Made by a program: the position numbers and the translations under genes. A stretch of 64,000 bases of DNA. Source: an uncultured bacterium (GTDB lineage: Bacteria > Bdellovibrionota_C > UBA2361 > JANWWW01). Below the pieces are notes generated by a model that made no database searches, was not told the origin of the DNA, and saw only the letters and a program-made list of their open reading frames with translations. The stretch spans positions 3,760 to 67,759 of the forward strand of contig CALHSA010000003.1 of the NCBI GenBank assembly GCA_938038205.1, given 5' to 3'. Within the stretch, counting starts at the first letter, position 1, and each line of letters starts with the position of its first letter. Of the stretch, positions 48,587 to 57,992 are shown one piece after another.

Positions 48587-49998
48587 TTTTTCTTTCTTTG
48601 ACAGTATTTTTCAAATCCACCATCTATTAGTTTAGAATCTGCCCTCTCAACAAATAAGCATCCATCATGTAGATTTTTGGTAACGGTAGATCCAGCACCA
48701 ATTAAAACCCTTGAACCAATCTCAATTGGAGCTATCAAATTCACGTTCGCACCAATCAGACACTCAGATCCGATTTTTGTAAAATGTTTGCTAAAACCAT
48801 CAAAATTGCAGGTTATCGTACCCGCTCCAATGTTTGATTTTGCTCCGATAGAGCAATCTCCCAAGTAAGAGAGGTGATTCACTTTGACTCCAGTTGCTAG
48901 CTCAGCATTTTTTGTTTCAACAAAATTACCTATCCTTACCTCATCAGAAATTTTTGTGCCCTCTCGAATACGAGCAAAGGGGCCGATCACACACGAGTCT
49001 CCAAATCTAGCTCCTTCAATGTAGCAAAACGCCTTAATCAGGTTTTTATTGCCACATGAAACGTCATAAAGATAAGTAAACCCCTCAATTGCATTACCCG
49101 CTCCTATTCGATTCTCGCCAAAAAAGTACACATGGGGCCCTATTACGCAATTTTCTGAAATCTGAGTGGCAGGACTTACATAAACGGTCTCGGGATATCT
49201 AAACTCGACTCCACTCTCTTTAAACTTGTTAATCCTCATCCTATTTAATGCAAGATTTAGTTCAGTTAATTCCTCTTTTTTATTAACTCCAACAAATTCA
49301 TCCGAATTCTCGGTTAAAATAGCATCGTATAACATACCTTTAGCTGCAAAAACATCTAGGATTAAGGGTAAATAAAATTCAATGTTGCGCGACCTACAAC
49401 TTTCAAGTAGATACTCCCCTGTTTCATTCATAACCTGATTAAGACTCTGAAAATCAAAAACAAAGACTCCAGTACTAACCTCTCGGATCAATTTTTGATA
49501 TGAAGTACAATGCCGATACTCTTCTATGGAAATGACTCTGCCTGAGTAAAAGTCCCTGATAACCCTCCCATACTCGTTGTTTTTGAAAACTAACATGGAG
49601 TAGAAGCACGCCACATGATCATGTTTCCTCATATGTTCCAGTAAGAGCCTTAAAGATTCTTTCTTAACTAAAGGAACGTCGCCTAGTAGAACAAAGACAC
49701 TACTAACATCTCCAAGACTTTTCAATGCAACCTTAACTGCATGACCGGTACCCAACTGCTCTTCTTGGATAACAAATTTTATTCTTGGATCGTTGAAATT
49801 TCTCTTTACAAAATCAATAACTTCATTAGCTTGGAAGCCAACAACAAGAACAATCTCTTTTATAGGTGAGCTGGTAACCTCCTTCAAAAGAATTCCTAAA
49901 AGCTCTCCTTCATCTGATTTTGCTAAAACCTTCGGATATTCAAGCCCCATTCTAGTGCCCTTACCCGCTGCCAAAATAATTGCTCCAGAATTTTCCAT
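48583..49998 (-). CDS. glmU: Bifunctional GlmU-like N-acetylglucosamine-1-phosphate uridyltransferase / glucosamine-1-phosphate acetyltransferase
   Basis: 'IILAAGKGTRM' nucleotidyltransferase motif, then a left-handed beta-helix hexapeptide-repeat C-terminal domain; 471 aa. Confidence 0.8.
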   Translation of the reverse strand: MENSGAIILAAGKGTRMGLEYPKVLAKSDEGELLGILLKEVTSSPIKEIVLVVGFQANEVIDFVKRNFNDPRIKFVIQEEQLGTGHAVKVALKSLGDVSSVFVLLGDVPLVKKESLRLLLEHMRKHDHVACFYSMLVFKNNEYGRVIRDFYSGRVISIEEYRHCTSYQKLIREVSTGVFVFDFQSLNQVMNETGEYLLESCRSRNIEFYLPLILDVFAAKGMLYDAILTENSDEFVGVNKKEELTELNLALNRMRINKFKESGVEFRYPETVYVSPATQISENCVIGPHVYFFGENRIGAGNAIEGFTYLYDVSCGNKNLIKAFCYIEGARFGDSCVIGPFARIREGTKISDEVRIGNFVETKNAELATGVKVNHLSYLGDCSIGAKSNIGAGTITCNFDGFSKHFTKIGSECLIGANVNLIAPIEIGSRVLIGAGSTVTKNLHDGCLFVERADSKLIDGGFEKYCQRKKK

Positions 49999-50649
49999 TT
50001 GTTTGGATATTGTAAAAATTTTTTTATCAAATCTAAATTTTCGATATCTTTTACCGAAAAAACACTAGTGGGCTCAGTAATTACCCCCAAAAAAATTGCG
50101 AAAGGTTCCGAGAAGGACAAAATCTATGAAGAAATTAAAAATCTTCAAGCCGGGCTCGATAAGACAAGGGTTTTGGCTGAGCTTTTTTTCTCTAGTCAAA
50201 GAACCCATTTTCCTTATGAAGAGGTAAAAAAAATAAAACGCCGGCTACTAGAACTTCAAAGATTGCCTAATAAAACAAAAGCTCATATGTACTATTTAAG
50301 AGAACTTGCTTACAAATTCCATCAACTGCAGGATTACTGGGATAGAACATTAAAGGAGATTGAACAAGGGACTTATTACAGGACTAAGCTGCAACAAACA
50401 TTTAAAGAAAAACTCGTTAAGTATAGAGAGGACGAACATTCACAGGAAGCAAAATTGATGAAAAACCTAGAAAATATATATCATAGATATTTAGAACTTT
50501 CTAACAATCAAAAACTTGATAAGAGTAGCTTTTTACAAAATTTACTTGCAACGTATGAAAGGCTAAAAAACAGCAATCCTGATAAAAGAATTAGAATAAC
50601 CTTAGTAAAAGGGGCAAGTGGACCAAAAATTAAAATTAATCTTTTGTAA
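49999..50649 (+). CDS. Hypothetical charged/coiled-coil protein (true start uncertain)
   Basis: ORF-track start is a TTG abutting the glmU start; no family recognised. Confidence 0.3.
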   Translation: MFGYCKNFFIKSKFSISFTEKTLVGSVITPKKIAKGSEKDKIYEEIKNLQAGLDKTRVLAELFFSSQRTHFPYEEVKKIKRRLLELQRLPNKTKAHMYYLRELAYKFHQLQDYWDRTLKEIEQGTYYRTKLQQTFKEKLVKYREDEHSQEAKLMKNLENIYHRYLELSNNQKLDKSSFLQNLLATYERLKNSNPDKRIRITLVKGASGPKIKINLL

Positions 50650-51286
50650 GAGCTAGCTCTTGAGCATCTATCATCTGTTGTAGCTTGTCCACATAATTCT
50701 TAATCCTTTTAAAAGAATCTTTTAAAATATTGAAAATCTTTCGCCTTTCAATTTCATTAAATTCTTTCCTCTCAATTAATTCTAAACTACCGATCGCAGC
50801 CCCTAAAGGGTTGTTAATCTCATGTCTGATTTGAGCTACAATGGATTTAGCTGCGTCTAAATTACTTTTTAAAATATCTTGCTTGTACTTTCTTCTCCTA
50901 AACTGAATTAAGTTTAGCACACCTACCAAAAATAACTTGAACGACGAATTTTTTACCTCTGATTTATTGATAAAATACACAGCACCGTTACTCAAATGGC
51001 GCAACATAACCTCCGGATTTTTATCAGAGCTCATACTGATTACGTAAAAATCCTCAAGAAGATTCAAAACCTCCGAGCCCTTCCCATCTGGTAAATTCTC
51101 ATCAAGAAAAATTATCGCATCTTGAGAAAGATTAGGGAGTGCATTTAATAAAGCCGATTTATTCTTTACTGAGTCAATGTTGCATTCTTTGAACGTATTC
51201 TTTATCAAATAAATCAAAATTTTCTGAAAGTCCTCATCGTCATCTACGATTAAAAAAGAAGGCGGTATTTCTAAAAGCTCTATCAT
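50636..51286 (-). CDS. Receiver (REC) domain fused to a HisKA-like phosphoacceptor/dimerisation domain, no ATPase domain
   Basis: REC: 'LIVDDDEDF', 'IIFLDENLPDGKG' (phospho-Asp), 'VISMSSD', 'YFINKS'. C-terminus: 'IRHEINNPLGAAIGSLELI' (the H-box). 216 aa, so no room for HATPase_c. Confidence 0.6.
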   Translation of the reverse strand: MIELLEIPPSFLIVDDDEDFQKILIYLIKNTFKECNIDSVKNKSALLNALPNLSQDAIIFLDENLPDGKGSEVLNLLEDFYVISMSSDKNPEVMLRHLSNGAVYFINKSEVKNSSFKLFLVGVLNLIQFRRRKYKQDILKSNLDAAKSIVAQIRHEINNPLGAAIGSLELIERKEFNEIERRKIFNILKDSFKRIKNYVDKLQQMIDAQELALTKD

Positions 51287-52185
51287 ATCTTGTTTAAAGC
51301 ATCAATTAAATTTTGTTTACTGCCATTAAAGCTAAAGGCTGAAGCTGAAATATGCCCCCCACCATTAAATTTCTCTGCTATCTTGTTTACATCAAAACCT
51401 TTGCTACGCAAGCTTACTCTAAATTTATTTCGGGTAATCTTTTTTGCAACGGCAACAAAATCATACTCAATAATGTTTTTGATCCAGTCAGCTATCCAAT
51501 CTCCATTGTCTGATTTATCAATAAACAGTAACAATCCTCGATTTTTACAAACTTCAACTGAGGTTTTAAACCGGTTACAAAACTTCCAAACAGATTGTTT
51601 ACTCATACCTGCAAGCATTAAAACAATCTTCTTGTAATCAGTATAATCGATAAGCTGAGAAACTGCATAAAAAGCATTAGAGCTTGTAGAGATATTTTTG
51701 AAAAAATTAGTGTCAAATAAAATACCTGTTACCAAAGCCTCTGCTACCTTACTGTTTTTTAGAGTTCTTGAATCCCAGATTTTAAGCAAATCAAACACGA
51801 TTTCACATGTTGAAGATGCAGTTGGACTGACTAAATTTATTGAGCCATATTTTTCATTGCTAATATGATGATCGATATTAATTATATTTTTTTCAATTAG
51901 ATCAGAATCAACACGGTTCTGAGTTGCAGTATCACAAACTATTAATAAATCCGGTTTTACTGGGGGTGACTCGTAAATTTTTGAGATAGTCGAGAAAAAT
52001 TTAATATATTTGTCAGAGATCAAAGATTTGGATACGAAGTAACATTTCTTTTTAACCGATGATAAAAAGATGTTAAGGGCGGCACAAGCACCTAAACAAT
52101 CTGGATCTGGCGAGGTATGGCCCGTAATCACTATATTTTGAGATCTGAGAATTGTTTCTTTAATCTTCAGAGCTACTTTTTTCAT
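51283..52185 (-). CDS. nrnA: DHH/DHHA1 phosphoesterase (NrnA-like nanoRNase / pAp phosphatase)
   Basis: 'VITGHTSPDPDCLGA', 'INIDHH', C-terminal 'FNGGGHISA' (the DHHA1 GGGH). Confidence 0.8.
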   Translation of the reverse strand: MKKVALKIKETILRSQNIVITGHTSPDPDCLGACAALNIFLSSVKKKCYFVSKSLISDKYIKFFSTISKIYESPPVKPDLLIVCDTATQNRVDSDLIEKNIINIDHHISNEKYGSINLVSPTASSTCEIVFDLLKIWDSRTLKNSKVAEALVTGILFDTNFFKNISTSSNAFYAVSQLIDYTDYKKIVLMLAGMSKQSVWKFCNRFKTSVEVCKNRGLLLFIDKSDNGDWIADWIKNIIEYDFVAVAKKITRNKFRVSLRSKGFDVNKIAEKFNGGGHISASAFSFNGSKQNLIDALNKI

Positions 52186-52555
52186 TTTTCAATATCTTCT
52201 GAACTTTAGCTATCTCAAAAATCGTGTCTATACTATCATCATATTCAAAAACAATTATCGGTGGCGGCAACGAACGTATTTTTTTTGCAAGCTCAAACCT
52301 AACTCTTTTTTCCAAATTCTTTAAATACCTCTGGATATTTCTCTTTTGTTTCTCTGGTTGAACTGCTGAGTACCAGTAAACCTTAAGATATTTTTTATCA
52401 ACAGACAGCTTCGCACTAGTTATGGAGATAACTGAGTTTAAATCTTGATCTATGGTTTGAATTATTTTTGATACTTCTCTTTTTAAAACGGATTCAAGCT
52501 TGTTCAAACGGTGTGTCACTTTTAAGGATTTATTTAAAATGTAATAATTATTCAA
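52160..52555 (-). CDS. rbfA: Ribosome-binding factor A
   Basis: 'HRLNKLESVLKREVSKII...ISITSAKLSVDKKYLKVYWY' matches the RbfA KH-like fold pattern; 131 aa. Confidence 0.65.
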   Translation of the reverse strand: MNNYYILNKSLKVTHRLNKLESVLKREVSKIIQTIDQDLNSVISITSAKLSVDKKYLKVYWYSAVQPEKQKRNIQRYLKNLEKRVRFELAKKIRSLPPPIIVFEYDDSIDTIFEIAKVQKILKNEKSSSED

Positions 52556-52567
52556 CGAGAAAGCAAC

Positions 52568-53245
52568 ATGAACATTCTTTTAGTAATATCGCTCTTATTT
52601 TTTTTAAGCTGCACTATGGTTGACTTAAACAAAAAAACACAGGAACGCATAGAAATATTAGAAAAAAATTACCGTGAGTTAGATGATACATTACAGTTTG
52701 TTGGCGATAAAATTAGGGTTCTTCAACAGCAAGTTGAGAATCTAAAAGCAAACTTAAATTCTAAAACTTCGGATTTAGAGAATTTTAGTGTTGATTTAGA
52801 TTTGTCTCCCCCTCACCGTGATGTACCAGTGCCTTTTTTAAGAGAGGATCAAGAGTTTGCTTCAAAACAAGGCCTAAAACTTAGAAGTAAACTTTACAGG
52901 TTACTCAATTCAATTAACAGAGGTGACTTTATCACAACTCTTAAGGAGTCAGAGAACCTACAAGATTATAGTCATATAGACGAAGTACAAAAAATGGTTA
53001 AATTTTGGCGTTTTTTTGCGCTAGTCCAGGTTGGTAAATTAACTGAGGCTTTAGCTGAGAGTGGAGAAATACTATCGAAATATCCTTCGTACAATAGGAT
53101 ACCCTATATTCTCTTTAAGCAAGCTGGGATTTTTGATAGCATGGGAGATAAAAAAGCAAGAGATATAGCACTTCAAAAACTTGTTAAAGATTTTCCAGAG
53201 TCTGTAGAGGCTAAGGAAGCTAAGCGAATACTACAAAGAGGTTGA
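52568..53245 (+). CDS. Lipoprotein with N-terminal coiled-coil and C-terminal TPR repeats (CpoB/YbgF-like)
   Basis: Lipobox 'LSC', heptad-rich region, then TPR-like helices; architecture as in the Tol-Pal associated CpoB. Confidence 0.45.
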   Translation: MNILLVISLLFFLSCTMVDLNKKTQERIEILEKNYRELDDTLQFVGDKIRVLQQQVENLKANLNSKTSDLENFSVDLDLSPPHRDVPVPFLREDQEFASKQGLKLRSKLYRLLNSINRGDFITTLKESENLQDYSHIDEVQKMVKFWRFFALVQVGKLTEALAESGEILSKYPSYNRIPYILFKQAGIFDSMGDKKARDIALQKLVKDFPESVEAKEAKRILQRG

Positions 53246-54228
53246 GTTGTAAATTCGTAGTTACCCATACTGCTCGACTTGATAAGATTATTGTCGACGC
53301 TTTAAAGAACAAATCCCGCTCTCAAGTTGAGAAGTTAATAAAAGCAGGTTTAGTAATGGTTAATGGTGAGATAGTTAAAAAATGTGGAGCAATCGTAAAC
53401 TCAGGTGATGAGTTACTAATTTTAGATTTTGATATAAAAAGCGATGAAACACCCGAGTGCTTTTACGAATTAAGTTTGCCAATTATATTTGAGAATGATT
53501 GGTACTTAGCAATTGACAAACCAACTGGAATTGCAGTTCATCCTGGAGCTGGGAAAAGGAGTCCTACAGTTATTGATTTCTCTCGAAAACATTTAAAAAT
53601 AAGTACTATTCCCAATCCAGCTGGTTATTCTGAATTCGGAATAGTACATAGATTGGATAAAGATACATCAGGAGTTTTATTAATAGCAAAGAACGTTGAT
53701 GCTCAAAAGGAGTTATCTCGGCTTTTTAAAGAGCGAAAAATAAGAAAGAAATACTTATCTATTAATTTTTTATCGAAAACAGGTAGGTTAAATTTATACG
53801 ATGAAGGAAAAATTGAGTGCTGGATTATGAGGGATCCATCTCATAGATTAAGATATGTTTGCTCAAGTGAAAAAAAATCTAAAAGTCGAGATTGTGTTAC
53901 TTTTTTCAGAAAAATCATTAAATACAATAATGTCGGTGTAATTGAGTTCTTTCCGTACACGGGCAGGACACATCAACTTCGTGCTGTAAGCAAATTTGTT
54001 AACTGCCCAATAGTGAACGATCCTCTGTATTCAACCAATTTTGATGAGAATTGTCTAGAACCAGCCCTAAGGGCACTTATACGTAAAATCAAAAGAATGC
54101 TTCTACACGCTGTGAGTCTAGAGTTTGAGTGTCCTTTCACTAAAAATCATATGATTATTAAATCAAACTTACCAAAGGAATTTCTAACTATCATTAACTT
54201 CCTGAAGAGTCATCAAAAATTTGAATGA
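53242..54228 (+). CDS. rluD: RluA-family 23S rRNA pseudouridine synthase with N-terminal S4 domain (RluD-like)
   Basis: S4 'LDKIIVDAL..SRSQVEKLIKAGLVMVNG', catalytic 'HRLDKDTSGVLLIAK'. Confidence 0.85.
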   Translation: MSCKFVVTHTARLDKIIVDALKNKSRSQVEKLIKAGLVMVNGEIVKKCGAIVNSGDELLILDFDIKSDETPECFYELSLPIIFENDWYLAIDKPTGIAVHPGAGKRSPTVIDFSRKHLKISTIPNPAGYSEFGIVHRLDKDTSGVLLIAKNVDAQKELSRLFKERKIRKKYLSINFLSKTGRLNLYDEGKIECWIMRDPSHRLRYVCSSEKKSKSRDCVTFFRKIIKYNNVGVIEFFPYTGRTHQLRAVSKFVNCPIVNDPLYSTNFDENCLEPALRALIRKIKRMLLHAVSLEFECPFTKNHMIIKSNLPKEFLTIINFLKSHQKFE

Positions 54229-54526
54229 CATCCTTACTGGGCTTGAAAAAAGGAATTTTTTTTGGTTTTGAGTTTATTGGTTTTCCTGTTTTAGGATTTT
54301 TACCTGCATAACCCTTATAATCTCGTAGCTCAAAAACACCAAAACCCCTAAGTTCAACCTTTTTCCCTTCAAGTAAAGCCTCAACTATTGAGGAGAAAAA
54401 TATATTAACAACAGATTCAACATCATCTACTGAGATGTCATTAAACTTTCTCTTTTTAATTAACTCTTTAAAACTTTCAATAAACTGAGACTTATTCACG
54501 TATACCTCCAATATACTCCTAACCAA
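54194..54526 (-). CDS. HU/IHF family DNA-binding protein
   Basis: 'VELRGFGVFELRDYKGYAGKNPKTGKPINSKPKKIPFFKPSKDV' matches the HU arm; short N-terminal extension in ORF-track start. Confidence 0.8.
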   Translation of the reverse strand: MVRSILEVYVNKSQFIESFKELIKKRKFNDISVDDVESVVNIFFSSIVEALLEGKKVELRGFGVFELRDYKGYAGKNPKTGKPINSKPKKIPFFKPSKDVIQIFDDSSGS

Positions 54527-54882
54527 ATGTTAAGTAATAGTAATAATCCAAAAAGAACAGTATAAAACTTTATTCTAGGTAAAGAGAGTGTTGCTAAAAT
54601 GGTAGGATAAAATCCAAATAAGATCCATATACCTATTTTAATTAGAATTGGTATCGGGATTGTATGCAACTTAACAAAACCCAATTTATGAAGTAATCCA
54701 AACCCTGAAATAATAAATAATCCAAGAACAAACATATAAAACCTAACAAAACTCTTCTTTGTCCTACCCTCTAGCCTTCCAATATAAATTCTGTAATAAA
54801 AACCGTAAACACTTAAACAAGATAAAAGAACCAAACTAAGCAAGTGAGTGAAACGGTAGAACTCATATGACACCTTTCGCAT
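54496..54882 (-). CDS. Hypothetical small membrane protein
   Basis: 128 aa, four predicted TM helices. Confidence 0.35.
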   Translation of the reverse strand: MRKVSYEFYRFTHLLSLVLLSCLSVYGFYYRIYIGRLEGRTKKSFVRFYMFVLGLFIISGFGLLHKLGFVKLHTIPIPILIKIGIWILFGFYPTILATLSLPRIKFYTVLFGLLLLLNIWLGVYWRYT

Positions 54883-54912
54883 TATACGAGGCCTTTTAAG
54901 ATAACTTCAATA

Positions 54913-55611
54913 TTAGTTGCAGAATTTTGAGAGACCCTTTCTGTAGGCTGCTTTCAGCTCATTAATTTGAGCAGTTGATATCACTTTAAGAACATCTGAC
55001 GGTGTAAATGCAAAAAAGATTAACGCGGCTCGTAAGTATCCATCCGGACTTAGGTCAAAATTAATATTTTTTGAAGAACAAATCTTGTCAGTTAGAACTG
55101 GTGTTAGACCCAGAACCTGATACTCAAACCATGTTGCAAAACCCTCATGCACCTCCTGATCTACCCAAAAATCTTCTCTCAACCTAAATAAAGTTACATG
55201 TCCAAGCTCATGAATAAGCACACGTTGAAACGATGAATCAAAATCTCCTGGGACACAATCATGTACTCTGCGTTTAATGATAATAACTTTGTCTCCACCC
55301 TGTACCCAACCCGGATGGCACGATTTTTTTAGCCACTCAGGTAAATCTAAATGATCAACAGAGCCCTCCATTAGAGTTATTGACAAATCCTTTTGGGGGA
55401 TGTTAACTCCATATTTTGCTAAAAATTTTGAGCTTTGCCTAATAGCGTCAAGCACAAGTGGTACAAGCTTTTCAGAATCTTTCCGAGGGGATTTAAAAAT
55501 TACCCTTCCAAATTTAGTGCTTAGTTCTATTCTTGTTTGCTGACGAGTATCCAGCTTTATATCAGACTCTTGCCCAAATAAAAAAACAAACAAAATAAAC
55601 AAAAACCTCAA
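54913..55611 (-). CDS. Secreted zinc metalloprotease-like protein (Peptidase_MA_2-like), paralog of 11132-11821
   Basis: Signal peptide; 'LIHELGHVTLF' followed 14 aa later by 'VHEGFATWFE'. Confidence 0.5.
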   Translation of the reverse strand: MRFLFILFVFLFGQESDIKLDTRQQTRIELSTKFGRVIFKSPRKDSEKLVPLVLDAIRQSSKFLAKYGVNIPQKDLSITLMEGSVDHLDLPEWLKKSCHPGWVQGGDKVIIIKRRVHDCVPGDFDSSFQRVLIHELGHVTLFRLREDFWVDQEVHEGFATWFEYQVLGLTPVLTDKICSSKNINFDLSPDGYLRAALIFFAFTPSDVLKVISTAQINELKAAYRKGLSKFCN

Positions 55612-56855
55612 GTTCCAAAATGAGCAGATTGTATATAATTTTTCTGCTCCTCTGTTAGTTCCTCTATTTTAACCCCAAGACTGCGCAATTTTATAGCAGC
55701 AATCTCTGAGTCAAGATTATCGGGCAGAGTGTAAACTTTAGGTGGTAATTCAGAATAATTTTTTAGCATATACTCAATTCCTAAAGCTTGATTTGAGAAG
55801 CTAAGATCCATAACAGCAGAGGGATGTCCCTCAGCACAAGCAAGGTTAACCAACCTACCTTTTGCCAGAATATAAAACCTTCTTCCTCGATAGACTGTCA
55901 CATAAACCTCAGGCCTCCCCGGTACTTCCTCAAGATTTTCAAACTCTGTTAAATCAATCTCAACATCAAAATGCCCCGCATTCGCCAATATAACTCCATC
56001 TTTAAAAATATCAAAATGTTCTTTCCGTACAACGCTTCTATTTCCTGTAGCTGTTATAACAATATCAGCAGTTAAGGCAAAATCAATTAGTCTGCCAACC
56101 TCATAACCATCCATCAAAGCCTCAAGGGCTTTTATGGGATCAATCTCAACAACTCTTACCCTAGCACCCAACCCTCTTAAGGTTTTACTAATTCCTTTGC
56201 CACACCAACCATAGCCACAAACTACACACTCCTTACCAGCTAAAAGATGATTAGTTGATCTAAGAATACCATCAATAACACTTTGGCCAGTTCCGTACCT
56301 ATTATCAAAAAGATACTTAGTCTTACTCTGATTTACAGCCAAAATAGGGTATAACAGCTTACCCTCCTTTTCCAAGGCCTTTAACCGTAAAACTCCTGTC
56401 GTTGTTTCCTCGGCCCCAAATTTAGGTTTTGAAACATACTTGCCAGGGTTTTCGTGAATTCTAAAAACAAGATCACATCCATCATCAATCGTGCAATCCG
56501 GATTTTTATTAAGCACGGAGTCAAGATTCTGATAATACTCCTCCCTCGTATCACCTTTTACGGCAAAAACCGCAATGTTAAATTTATCAACCAACGCTGC
56601 TGCCACATCATCCTGGGTGCTTAAAGGATTAGAAGCAGCTAAATACACCTCAGCTCCACCTGCTTTTAAAGTTGTAGCCAAACACGCCGTTTCAGCCGTA
56701 ACATGCAAACAAGCAGCTATCTTCAACCCTTTTAGAGGTTTTTCAGATTCAAACCTAGCTCTAATCTGTTGCAAAGTTTGCATTTCTTTCCAGGCCCAAT
56801 CGATACGATTAGCACCTTGCTCAGATAAACTTAAGGATTTGACTCGAAATTCCAT
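55608..56855 (-). CDS. ahcY: Adenosylhomocysteinase
   Basis: 'PLKGLKIAACLHVTAETACLATTLKAGGAEV', NAD-binding 'VVCGYGWCGKG'. Confidence 0.9.
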   Translation of the reverse strand: MEFRVKSLSLSEQGANRIDWAWKEMQTLQQIRARFESEKPLKGLKIAACLHVTAETACLATTLKAGGAEVYLAASNPLSTQDDVAAALVDKFNIAVFAVKGDTREEYYQNLDSVLNKNPDCTIDDGCDLVFRIHENPGKYVSKPKFGAEETTTGVLRLKALEKEGKLLYPILAVNQSKTKYLFDNRYGTGQSVIDGILRSTNHLLAGKECVVCGYGWCGKGISKTLRGLGARVRVVEIDPIKALEALMDGYEVGRLIDFALTADIVITATGNRSVVRKEHFDIFKDGVILANAGHFDVEIDLTEFENLEEVPGRPEVYVTVYRGRRFYILAKGRLVNLACAEGHPSAVMDLSFSNQALGIEYMLKNYSELPPKVYTLPDNLDSEIAAIKLRSLGVKIEELTEEQKNYIQSAHFGT

Positions 56856-56909
56856 GAGGAGATTTTATTTTTTTTGAGACAAAAATGAAATTTTTTTGAC
56901 TAGACTAAT

Positions 56910-57992
56910 GTGGAGAGCTCCAAAAGGCTAGATAAAATAATTTTATTACCTCACAAAGAAGTAAACGGTAAACAGGATCGATCTAAAGATGATTATGAAC
57001 ACAAAATAACTTTGACCAATAGTGGAGGGCCAGCAAATTTAATAAAACAGCTTGAGAGAGCTGGGTATATATGTCCTGAAAATGTTGGAGTCCAAATAAG
57101 TCTTCTCCTTGATACCCAAGTGGATAGGATTCGTGCTTTACTGTTAGAGGGGCCATCAGGATGTGGTAAGAGTTTTCTAGCAAAAAAACTTGCTGAAATC
57201 ACCGGGGCTGAGCTGATTTGCCTATCCTGTTACAACGGAATGCCACTTAATAACCTAATTGAGGTACCATCCTCACTAGGTTTGGCGAAAGCAATGGCCT
57301 CTGGTAACATCTCAAATGACGAACTAATGAACCTAGGTATTCTGTCTAAAGTCTTTTTAATGAGTAATGAAAAGCCAATAATTTTCCTTATAGATGAGCT
57401 CGACAAAGCTGAAGCAAGTATTGATACTTTTTTTCTTGGACCTATCCAAGATGGTAAGATTTGGCTTGAATCGAGACCTCCAATTAATGCAAAAAAAGAG
57501 AATTTGTTGATAATTTTCACGAAAAATTTTAACAGAAAAATTGATGACGCTCTGTTAAGGAGATGCTACCCGATTAGGATGAATTATTTAAGCACAGATT
57601 TAGAGGAAAAGATCTTAGCAAAACATTGCTCTCCACGAATTGTAAGAAATTTGGTAAAGGTAGCGGATATAATGAGGAACTCTTCTGGCTCATTTGAGTT
57701 TGAAAGGCCTCCAGCACCAGAGGAACTATTAACTGCAGGCCAATTTATAGAAAAAATGATTAGTTGGGGCATAAAAAATTACGAACAATTTGGGTACGTG
57801 ATTTTTAGGATCCTTGCAAAAAATGAGCATGATAAGGCCGTTCTGGAGCATATGCTAAAATACCACCCAGATTTTGCCGATCCTTACTGCATGGATCCGA
57901 AATCAGTACGAATTAATGAAGTTTATAAAAGGTTAGGGTTTTTGGTAGTTGAGGGAGTAACCTCAAGTCCAAAGGATGATATTCAGAGTTAA
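56910..57992 (+). CDS. AAA+ ATPase (MoxR/AAA_5-like)
   Basis: Walker A 'GPSGCGKS', Walker B 'IIFLIDELDK', sensor 'DDALLRR'. No adjacent VWA partner. Confidence 0.65.
   Translation: MESSKRLDKIILLPHKEVNGKQDRSKDDYEHKITLTNSGGPANLIKQLERAGYICPENVGVQISLLLDTQVDRIRALLLEGPSGCGKSFLAKKLAEITGAELICLSCYNGMPLNNLIEVPSSLGLAKAMASGNISNDELMNLGILSKVFLMSNEKPIIFLIDELDKAEASIDTFFLGPIQDGKIWLESRPPINAKKENLLIIFTKNFNRKIDDALLRRCYPIRMNYLSTDLEEKILAKHCSPRIVRNLVKVADIMRNSSGSFEFERPPAPEELLTAGQFIEKMISWGIKNYEQFGYVIFRILAKNEHDKAVLEHMLKYHPDFADPYCMDPKSVRINEVYKRLGFLVVEGVTSSPKDDIQS

Noticed and set aside
56983-57772. Minus-strand ORFs of 62-96 aa antisense to the AAA ATPase gene
   Set aside because: Antisense to a CDS with clear Walker motifs.
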